From positions 6,412-70,411 of the forward strand of contig NZ_DATBKY010000172.1 in assembly GCF_036555685.1 (NCBI RefSeq): 64,000 bases of DNA, written 5' to 3'. The first letter of the stretch is position 1; each line of letters opens with the position of its first letter. Both the position numbers and the translations under genes were made by a program. Shown here piece by piece: positions 48,608-56,122 of this stretch. The stretch is from Actinophytocola sp. GTDB lineage: Bacteria > Actinomycetota > Actinomycetes > Mycobacteriales > Pseudonocardiaceae. The notes under the pieces were generated by a model. That model was not told where the DNA came from and searched no databases. It was given only the letters and a program-made list of their open reading frames with translations.

Positions 48608-50203
48608 ATGTCGGAGCGAGGACATACCGGACGGCTCGTCGGCGGGCGGTTCGAGCTGCTGGAGCGGCTGGGCAGCGGGGGCATGGGGACGGTGTGGCGC
48701 GCCCGCGATCTGGAGCTGCACCGCGAGGTGGCGATCAAGGAGGTACGGCCTCCCGACGCCGCCCTCTACGAGCACAGCCCCGAACTGGCCGCGCAGCAAC
48801 GGGAACGGGTCATGCGCGAGTCCCGCGCGCTCGCCCGGCTGCAGCACCCCAACGTCGTGTCGATCTACCAGATCCTCGAGAACGAGGGATCGCCGTTCCC
48901 GTGGATCGTCATGGAGCTGGTGCGCGGCACCTCGCTCGACGCCCGCCTGCGCCAGGGCCCGCTCGCACCGCAGGAGGCCGCGCGCATCGGGCGCGGGGTG
49001 CTGGGTGCGCTCCGGGCCGCGCACGCGGCCGGCATTCACCACCGCGACGTGAAGCCGGGCAACGTCCTGCTGCGACCGGACGGCAGCGCGGTGCTCACCG
49101 ACTTCGGCATCGCCGCGCTGCGCGACTCGACCACGCTCACCGCGACCGGCGAGGTGATCGGCTCGCCGGAGTACATCGCGCCGGAGCGGCTGCACGGCGA
49201 CGAGACGCAGACCGCCTCGGATCTGTGGTCGCTCGCGATGCTGCTCTACGTCGCCGTCGAGGGCTACCACCCGATGCGGCGGGCGAGCACGATGGCGACG
49301 CTCGCCGCGGTGATGACCGAGCCGGTGCCGCCACCCCGCCGGGCCGGATCGCTGACGTCCACCCTCACCTCGGTCCTCGTCCCCGACCCGGCCGCCCGGC
49401 CCAACGGCGAGCAGCTCGACCGGATGCTCGCCGCCGCCGAAGCCGGTGTGCCCTCCGGCCCGCAGTACCAGCAGCAGTTCCGGCCACCGCCCCGGTACCC
49501 GCAGCCGGCTGTGCCGAGCTACCAGCAGCCGCCCGAACCCCGACGCAACAAGGCCGGCCTCGTGGCGGCGGCGGTGTCGCTGGCCGCGGTCGTGGCGATC
49601 GCGGCCGCCGTGCTGATCATGACCCGAACGTTCGCGAAGGACGACACCGGCGGCACCACGAACGCCGGCAGCGGCGAGGGCACCACGACCAACACCGTCG
49701 GCTTCCCCGGCACGCAGGCCTCCCCCGCGCAGACGGTGCCCCCGCCCACGCCGGACGCCGCGGAGAACCTGCTCACCCCCGACGGCGCGCGGACCGCCGT
49801 CGCCGCGCTCACCGACGAGATGGGCGGCACCACGGTGTCCCAGCTCAACATCTACGGCGACTACGCGACGGCGACCGCACCGACCAAGGCGGTGGAGAAC
49901 GGGTTCGACGCCTTCGAGTACCGCGACGGCGTGGCCGCCCGCACCGGAGCGGACGGCGTCGACGCCGACCAGGCCGTGCTCGACCTCGCCAAGGTCAACT
50001 GGGACGCGATACCCGCGCTGGCGAAGCGCGCCGCGAAGGACCTGCGCATCGACAAGCCGACCCTGCGCTACCTCGTCGTGCAGCCGGACCTCTTCGACGA
50101 GACCCCGGCGATGCTGTACTACCTCATCGACGACTACGGCGCGGGTTACGTCGAGGCCAACCTGGACGGCAAGGTGCTCAAGGTCTACCCACGAGGCAGC
50201 TGA
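48608..50203 (+). CDS. Hanks-type Ser/Thr protein kinase with TM helix and extracellular domain
   Basis: LGSGGMG, VAIKE, HRDVKPGN, DFG, GSPEYIAPE, DLWS; Pro/Gln linker, TM segment and extracytoplasmic C-terminus. Confidence 0.93.
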   Translation: MSERGHTGRLVGGRFELLERLGSGGMGTVWRARDLELHREVAIKEVRPPDAALYEHSPELAAQQRERVMRESRALARLQHPNVVSIYQILENEGSPFPWIVMELVRGTSLDARLRQGPLAPQEAARIGRGVLGALRAAHAAGIHHRDVKPGNVLLRPDGSAVLTDFGIAALRDSTTLTATGEVIGSPEYIAPERLHGDETQTASDLWSLAMLLYVAVEGYHPMRRASTMATLAAVMTEPVPPPRRAGSLTSTLTSVLVPDPAARPNGEQLDRMLAAAEAGVPSGPQYQQQFRPPPRYPQPAVPSYQQPPEPRRNKAGLVAAAVSLAAVVAIAAAVLIMTRTFAKDDTGGTTNAGSGEGTTTNTVGFPGTQASPAQTVPPPTPDAAENLLTPDGARTAVAALTDEMGGTTVSQLNIYGDYATATAPTKAVENGFDAFEYRDGVAARTGADGVDADQAVLDLAKVNWDAIPALAKRAAKDLRIDKPTLRYLVVQPDLFDETPAMLYYLIDDYGAGYVEANLDGKVLKVYPRGS

Positions 50204-50211
50204 CCGTCCAT

Positions 50212-50646
50212 TCAGGAGTCGCGGCGGCCGCCGCCCAGCCGGCCGAGCACGCCGAAGGCCATCGGGATGAGCAGCCACACCGGCCAGAAGTACTCGACAT
50301 GGCCGTTGCCGATGCTCGTCGCGAGCCAGATCGCGGTGCAGATCACGAAGATGCCGCCGAAGCCGCCGAGCCACGCGCGGACGAGCTGGCCGGCGCGTGC
50401 GGAACGCTTCTCGGGCGGTGGCGCCGGCGTCGCCGCGGGCGCCGCGGCCGGCCGTGGGGCGGCGGACGTGCCGGGCAGGTCGTCGAGCAGCGCGTCCAGC
50501 TCGCCGTAGGTCTTGGCCGCGTACGCCTGCTGCAGGCGCTCGTCGTACTCGGCGAGATCCAGCCGACCCTCGTCGTGCGCCTGCTTCAGCTTCTCCGCCA
50601 CGGCCTGGCGGTCACTGTCGCCGGCCCGCATCTCCTCACGGCCCAT
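50212..50646 (-). CDS. DUF1707 (SHOCT-like) membrane protein
   Basis: RAGDSDRQAVAEKL...GRLDLAEYDERL..AYAAKTYGEL..L..DLP, followed by two TM helices (YFWPVW). Confidence 0.88.
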   Translation of the reverse strand: MGREEMRAGDSDRQAVAEKLKQAHDEGRLDLAEYDERLQQAYAAKTYGELDALLDDLPGTSAAPRPAAAPAATPAPPPEKRSARAGQLVRAWLGGFGGIFVICTAIWLATSIGNGHVEYFWPVWLLIPMAFGVLGRLGGGRRDS

Positions 50647-51451
50647 GTGATCCAGCATGCCAGCCCACCCGATCGCCGGTGCGCGCGAGGGCACCCAGCG
50701 CGGCGACCGCGACGAGCACCCCGATCGCGCACGGTGCCTGCCAGCCCGGCCGGATGCCGTCGCCCAGCAGCGCCATGCCCAGCGCACCCGCGGCGAGCAT
50801 CTCCAGCCCCACGACGATCGCGGCGACCGCGCTCGCACCGCCGCGGCGCAACGCCAGCGCGAACATGACCGCGCCGATCGCGGCGAACGCCGGGATCGCA
50901 TACGCGGCCGGCTGGCGGACGAGCTCGCTCAGCTCGTCGAGCCGCTGGTGCAGCGACCGGACCGCCACCGCGACGCAGCCGAACGCGAGCCCCGCGATCG
51001 CCGCGCGGCCGTCGGGGCTGCCGGTACGTACGGCGACCGGGATCGCGATCGCCATGGCCGCGAGCGCCACGACGAGCACGGTGTCGACGACCGAGGCGTC
51101 GACCGGCGCGTCGCCGGTGCTGCCGCTCGCCGCGACCACCCCGAGCCCGGCGACGCACGCGGCGGCGGCGGCGATCTGGTACCGCCCGGCGCGCGCCGTG
51201 GAAAGCACGTGCGCGCCGATGACCGTCAGCGCCACCTGGCTCGCGACGATCGCCTGGACCGCGAACACCGGCAGGTACCGCAGCGCGTAGGCGGACATCG
51301 CCCACCCGACGAGGTCCAGCGCGAGGCCGCCGACGTACCAGACGCGCGCCCGGCGGTGGCCCATGTCGCGCGCGCCGCGGGCCTGCACGAGCGTGGCGAC
51401 GCTGGAGAGCACGGCCGAGAGCACGGCGGCGACGAACCCGAGCGCGACCAT
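50636..51451 (-). CDS. Multi-pass membrane protein (DMT-superfamily-like)
   Basis: About 9 hydrophobic helices, LPVFAVQ motif; GAGGAGG RBS before ATG 51451. Confidence 0.7.
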   Translation of the reverse strand: MVALGFVAAVLSAVLSSVATLVQARGARDMGHRRARVWYVGGLALDLVGWAMSAYALRYLPVFAVQAIVASQVALTVIGAHVLSTARAGRYQIAAAAACVAGLGVVAASGSTGDAPVDASVVDTVLVVALAAMAIAIPVAVRTGSPDGRAAIAGLAFGCVAVAVRSLHQRLDELSELVRQPAAYAIPAFAAIGAVMFALALRRGGASAVAAIVVGLEMLAAGALGMALLGDGIRPGWQAPCAIGVLVAVAALGALARTGDRVGWHAGSHGP

Positions 51452-51548
51452 GCCCTCCTCCAGCCACCGATGATCAGACACCGATGATCTCAGCAGTTCG
51501 GCCGCGCGCCGGCGCTCAGCCCGGACCGCGGACTCGCCGCTGACCCCG

Positions 51549-52133
51549 TCACCTGACGCCGGCGAGGGCGGTCGTGACGACCTCGCGGACGGCCGCCCGC
51601 TCCGGCGGCACGCCGTCGCGGCCGGCGAACACCAGGTGCCCGGTGCCGATCAGCATGAGGGCGACGTTGTGGACGTCCGCGTCCGCGGCGATGCGACCCA
51701 GCTCGCGCTCGGCGGTGAGGTACGCGGTGATCATGGCCGCGCCCTCGTTCAGCACCGGGACGCCGTGCGGCCGGTCGCGGCGCAGCCGCCTGCGCAGCTC
51801 GTCGCGGGCGATGATGAGGCCGACGATCGACAGGGCGACCGAGCCGAACAGGTCGAGCAGCGCGTCGGTGAGGTGGTCGGCGACGGTGCCCGTGCCGGCG
51901 GCCTCGCGCAGCGTCGCGGTCTGCTTGTCGAACCGGGTGATCCGATCCTCGACGAGCTCGACGAGGAACGCGTCGAAGTCGTCGAAGTGCCGGTGCAGCA
52001 CGCCCTTCGCGACGCCCGCCTCCGTGGTGACCGCGCGGCTGGTGAGCGCGTTCGGCCCGGCGTGGAGCAGGATGCGCTCGGCGGCGTCGAACAGCTTGCC
52101 GCGAACCTCGCGAATCGCCACGCCGGTGGGCAC
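51549..52133 (-). CDS. TetR-family transcriptional regulator
   Basis: LFDAAERILL..G...LTSRAVTTEAGVAKGVLHRHF HTH; AAGGAAGGGAG upstream of GTG 52133. Confidence 0.92.
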   Translation of the reverse strand: MPTGVAIREVRGKLFDAAERILLHAGPNALTSRAVTTEAGVAKGVLHRHFDDFDAFLVELVEDRITRFDKQTATLREAAGTGTVADHLTDALLDLFGSVALSIVGLIIARDELRRRLRRDRPHGVPVLNEGAAMITAYLTAERELGRIAADADVHNVALMLIGTGHLVFAGRDGVPPERAAVREVVTTALAGVR

Positions 52134-52154
52134 GCCGGCTCCCCTTCCTTGCCG

Positions 52155-52193
52155 AGTGGGCGCGTGCCCACTTAAAGTGGGCGCATGCCCACA
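52155..52193. promoter_or_regulatory. Tandem palindromic TetR operators
   Basis: AGTGGGCGCGTGCCCACT (52155-52172) and AGTGGGCGCATGCCCACA (52176-52193) in the 51-bp gap between divergent tetR and methyltransferase genes; the second contains the ATG at 52185. Confidence 0.75.
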
Positions 52194-53015
52194 GTACCGT
52201 CCGAACCCCAGCCGCATCGACACCGGGACGTCGCCGAGTCCTTCGGCGCGGACGCCGAGCGCTACGACCGCGCCCGGCCGGGCTATCCACGCGAGCTGGT
52301 CGACCGCATCGTCGCCGCCTCCCCCGGCCCCGACGTGGTCGACGTCGGCTGCGGCACGGGTATCGCCACCCGGCAGTTCGCGGCGGCCGGCTGCCGCGTG
52401 CTCGGCGTGGAGGTCGACGAGCGGATGGCCGAGCTCGCGCGCCGGGGCGGCCTCGACGTCGAGGTGTCCGCGTTCGAGACCTGGGACCCCGCGGGCCGGA
52501 CCTTCGACGCGGTGATCGCCGCGCAGGCCTGGCACTGGGTCGACCCGCTCGCCGGTGCCGCGGTCGCGGTGCGGGCGCTGCGCCCCGGTGGCCGGCTCGC
52601 CGTGTTCTGGAACGTCTTCCGCGCGCCGGACGACATCGCCGCCGCGTTCGCCGCCGTCTACCGGCGGGTCGTGCCGGACCTGCCGTTCAAGCCGTGGGCG
52701 GGCCCGGCCATCGACCCCTACCGGTCGATGTTCGCCAAGACGGCCGACGGCATGCGCGCGGCGAACGCGTTCGGCGAGCCGGAGGAATGGTGGTTCGACT
52801 GGTCGCGGCCCTACACCCGCGACGAGTGGCTCGAGCAGGTGCCCACGCACGGCGGCCACAGCCGGTTCCCACAGTCCACACAGGACGAGCTGCTGGCCGG
52901 CATCGGCACCGCGATCGACGCCGCGGGCGGCGGCTTCACGATGGGCTACGACACGGTCGTGGTCACCGCGGCACGAAGCCAGCTCCGGTCCGGACGCGAA
53001 ACGGCGGGAGGGTGA
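52185..53015 (+). CDS. Class I SAM-dependent methyltransferase (probably leaderless)
   Basis: SFGADAERYDRARPGYP, VDVGCGTG, AQAWHWVD, LRPGG; no purine-rich RBS before the ATG. Confidence 0.9.
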   Translation: MPTVPSEPQPHRHRDVAESFGADAERYDRARPGYPRELVDRIVAASPGPDVVDVGCGTGIATRQFAAAGCRVLGVEVDERMAELARRGGLDVEVSAFETWDPAGRTFDAVIAAQAWHWVDPLAGAAVAVRALRPGGRLAVFWNVFRAPDDIAAAFAAVYRRVVPDLPFKPWAGPAIDPYRSMFAKTADGMRAANAFGEPEEWWFDWSRPYTRDEWLEQVPTHGGHSRFPQSTQDELLAGIGTAIDAAGGGFTMGYDTVVVTAARSQLRSGRETAGG

Positions 53016-53068
53016 CCACCCCCGATCCGGCGCCTCGAGGCCGGACAACGGGCAATGGAGCCAGCGGC

Positions 53069-53884
53069 TCAGACCCGCTGCGATCGCACCTCGACGAATG
53101 CCCTGATTCCGGCAACCATCCCGTCCAGCGGGACCGCCATCGTGGTACGGGTGGCGATTTCGCCGAGCACCTTCGCGGGGAGCTCGGCGCTGCCGGTGAG
53201 GTCGGCCGCCACCCAGGCGATGGTCCGGCTCGTCACCTTGGGCAGCCGCGCGAGCCCGTCGGCGATCGCCGTCAGCTGCGCGGCACCTGGTGAGCCGGCG
53301 TCGGCGCCCTCCTCGGCGGGCGCGGGCCGGCTGACCCGGCCCTCGGCCTGCTTGCGGAAAACCACGCTCTTCGCGGCCGGCAGCGCCACCAATGGCTCGG
53401 CGCACACCGTGCAGCCGGTGTCGTGCCGGCCGACCGGCCCGTGGACCGTGCAGCTCAGCCGGTCCTGCGCGGTGGTGAGGAACCAGAACGCCCAGCATGA
53501 CTGGCAGCAGAACACGTCGGAGGTCGCGTCGTGCCACTGCTGCGCCAGGGCCGCCTCCTGCTCGCGGACCAGCCGCTGCGCGAACTCCTCGCGCCCGGCC
53601 GCCTCCCGCTCCGCGGCCTCCTCGATCTCGGCGGCCTGCGCGTGCAGCGACGCGTTGGCCACCAGCAGCTCCGCCTTGGCCTGGGTCAACTCGTCGACGA
53701 GCTCTCGAAGATCGCCCAGCTGCCGCTCGGCCCGGCCCAGCGCGATCCGGTGCCGCTCGCGTTGCCGGGCCTGCGCCTGCTCGGTGTCGTCCATGACGCG
53801 GTCGACCGCGACCGCCACCTCGCGCCGCACCGCGTGCTGAACCGGTGCGAACGCGAGCAGCCACGACCAGACCCGCCCGCCCAT
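53069..53884 (-). CDS. Hypothetical protein: coiled coil plus Cys/His-rich putative zinc-binding segment
   Basis: 271 aa; long E/Q/R/A heptad region, then CCQSC...SCTVHG...CTVC; GC-biased codon usage supports it being coding. Start approximate. Confidence 0.65.
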   Translation of the reverse strand: MGGRVWSWLLAFAPVQHAVRREVAVAVDRVMDDTEQAQARQRERHRIALGRAERQLGDLRELVDELTQAKAELLVANASLHAQAAEIEEAAEREAAGREEFAQRLVREQEAALAQQWHDATSDVFCCQSCWAFWFLTTAQDRLSCTVHGPVGRHDTGCTVCAEPLVALPAAKSVVFRKQAEGRVSRPAPAEEGADAGSPGAAQLTAIADGLARLPKVTSRTIAWVAADLTGSAELPAKVLGEIATRTTMAVPLDGMVAGIRAFVEVRSQRV

Positions 53885-53916
53885 GCGGTCACCGTAGCGA
53901 GCCGGCCCAAGATCGA

Positions 53917-54235
53917 CTAGTCGCCACCCCGCTCGATCAACCGGCGAGCCGTTTCGGTGGCGCCGTCCAGGCGCACCCGCGGGGCCAGCGCCCTGGCACG
54001 GCCGGCCACTTCGGACCGCAGGGCCGGTTCGAGCGCGGTCGCCATCGAGCCGCGGTCGGGATGCCTGGCGCGTGGGCGGACCCGACGCCGAGGTCGTGCA
54101 CGCGGGCGGCTGGAACACCGTCCGGTCCGGGTCCGGCCACGGGCCCACTACCGGGTCGGCGGCCAGCTGCTCCGCCGGCGCCACCAGGGGCTGGACCTCA
54201 CCGCGCGACCCGATCGTGGACACCGACACACGCAA
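53917..54235 (-). pseudogene. Internally deleted, frameshifted GT1 (GtfB-like) glycosyltransferase remnant
   Basis: Starts (TTG, RBS GAGGGAG) MRVSVSTIGSRGEVQPLVA; switches frame to AARVHDLGVGSAH..PT and again to MATALEPALRSEVAGRARALAPRVRLDGATETARRLI*. These match the N- and C-termini of actinobacterial GT1 enzymes in only ~320 bp. Confidence 0.65.
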
Positions 54236-54353
54236 TTGGAGCTCCCTCGAAGGCCGGAACGCCCCGACGCCGGCGAATGACGCCGGCGATTTTTGAATGC
54301 GTGCCGAGCGCTACGTCGAGCTGGGCCGAGGCCCGGCTGGTAGAAGTATCGCC

Positions 54354-55118
54354 GTGCGGGACTTCGTGCGGGGCGTTCGGTTCTTCGGCCAGGGGCTGGT
54401 CATGATGCTGCGCTCGCCGCGGCTGCTGCTCATCGGCGCGTTGCCGGCGGTACTGACCGCGCTGCTCCTGCTGGGCGGCATGATCACGCTGTTCTACTGG
54501 CTCGACGACCTGTCGGCGCTGGTCACGCCGTTCGCGGACGGCTGGGGCGAGAGCGTGCGGACGGCCGTGCGGGTAGCGGCGGACGTCGTGCTCGCGGGCG
54601 GGGCGCTGGTGCTCGCGTTGCTCAGCTTCACGGCCCTGACGCTCGCGATCGGCGGACCGTTCTACGAGCACATCGCGGAGCAGGTCGAGGACGAGCTCGG
54701 CGGCGCGCCCGACCAGGTCGAGCTGTCGTGGTTGCGGCTGCTGTGGATGGGCCTGCGCGACGGCATCGTGCTGGTCCTGCGGTCGCTGCTGTACACGATC
54801 CCGCTTCTGGTGGCCGGCTTCGTCCCGGTGGTCGGGCAGACGGTCGTGCCGGTGGCGCTGGCGCTCGTCACCGCCTGGTTCCTCGCGCTCGAGCTCGTGT
54901 CCGTGCCGTTCTACCGGCGCGGCATGGACCTCCGGCAGCGCCGGGCCCTGCTCGCCGGGCGTCGGCCACTCGCGCTCGGGCTGGGCCTGCCCGCGTCGTT
55001 GCTGTGTGCGATCCCGCTGGCCGCCATCGTGGTCATGCCGGTGGCGTTCGCCGGCGGCGTCCTCGTGGCGCGCGAGACCCTGCGAAGCTCCATCGACGGT
55101 TTCACCCGCGCCGGGTGA
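54354..55118 (+). CDS. EI24/CysZ-like membrane protein
   Basis: GPFYEHIAEQVE, IPLL....PVVG, hydrophobic helices. Confidence 0.85.
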   Translation: MRDFVRGVRFFGQGLVMMLRSPRLLLIGALPAVLTALLLLGGMITLFYWLDDLSALVTPFADGWGESVRTAVRVAADVVLAGGALVLALLSFTALTLAIGGPFYEHIAEQVEDELGGAPDQVELSWLRLLWMGLRDGIVLVLRSLLYTIPLLVAGFVPVVGQTVVPVALALVTAWFLALELVSVPFYRRGMDLRQRRALLAGRRPLALGLGLPASLLCAIPLAAIVVMPVAFAGGVLVARETLRSSIDGFTRAG

Positions 55119-55152
55119 GGTGCCGGGTTCGCGCACACGCATAGTCGCGAAC

Positions 55153-56106
55153 ATGGCCAACCAAGCGAAGCGCATCGCCGAGCTCATCGAACCGCTGCGG
55201 GTCGAGCCAGGATCCAGAGTCGACCTCGCCAAGGACTTCGACCCGCGCTACAAGCGACGCGGCTTGAAGAAGAAGCACGGCCGGGAGTTACTCGAAACCG
55301 GCATCGCCCTGCTCGCCGACTACCAGCGGCGGCTGGCGGCGCAGAACACCTACGGCGTGCTCCTGTGCCTCCAGGCGCTGGACGCGGGCGGCAAGGACGG
55401 GACCATCCGGCACGTCATGAGCGGCGTCAACCCGCAGGGCGTACACGTGAGCAGCTTCAAGGTGCCCTCGTCGGAGGAGCTCGACCACGACTACCTGTGG
55501 CGCTACGCCTGCCGCCTGCCCGCGCGCGGCGACATCGGCATCTTCAACCGGTCGCACTACGAGGAGGTCCTCGTCGTCCGGGTGCACCAGGAGAACCTCG
55601 ACCGGCAGCGGCTGCCCGAGTCGGCCAAGAGCGGCAAGCTGTGGCACCGGCGGTACCGGGAGATCAACGAGTGGGAGCGGTACCTGACCGACAACGGCTT
55701 CAAGATCGTGAAACTGTTCCTCAACCTCTCGAAGGAAGAGCAGCGGACCCGGTTCCTCAGGCGGATCGACCGGCCGGACCGGAACTGGAAGTTCTCCTCG
55801 GCCGACGTCCGCGAGCGCAAGTTCTGGGACGACTACCAGAAGGCGTTCTCCGAGATGCTGTCGGCCACCAGCACCGAGCACGCGCCGTGGTACGTGATTC
55901 CCGCCGACCGCAAGTGGTTCGGGCGCATCTGCGCGGCCGCGGTGCTCGCGCACACGTTGATCGAGATCGATCCGCAGTACCCGACGGTGAGCGACGAGCG
56001 ACGGCTCGACCTGCTCGCCGTGCGGCGGGAGCTCGAGGACGAGGCGCCCGAGGGCGCGGAGCGCGACCCGTACGCGGCCGGCCACGGCAAGAAGCGGAAG
56101 GCGTGA
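55153..56106 (+). CDS. ppk2: Polyphosphate kinase 2 family protein (polyphosphate:nucleotide phosphotransferase, class III-like)
   Basis: QALDAGGKDG Walker A, VNPQG, FNRSHYEEVLVVRVH, NWKFS..D..ER..W..YQ, PWYVIPADRKW. Confidence 0.93.
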   Translation: MANQAKRIAELIEPLRVEPGSRVDLAKDFDPRYKRRGLKKKHGRELLETGIALLADYQRRLAAQNTYGVLLCLQALDAGGKDGTIRHVMSGVNPQGVHVSSFKVPSSEELDHDYLWRYACRLPARGDIGIFNRSHYEEVLVVRVHQENLDRQRLPESAKSGKLWHRRYREINEWERYLTDNGFKIVKLFLNLSKEEQRTRFLRRIDRPDRNWKFSSADVRERKFWDDYQKAFSEMLSATSTEHAPWYVIPADRKWFGRICAAAVLAHTLIEIDPQYPTVSDERRLDLLAVRRELEDEAPEGAERDPYAAGHGKKRKA

Positions 56107-56122
56107 CGATCGGAGGCCCGTC

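Noticed and set aside
12029-53015. Four SAM methyltransferases as tailoring enzymes of the NRPS cluster
   Set aside because: All lie outside the coupled operon, in their own regulatory contexts, and belong to common stand-alone families.
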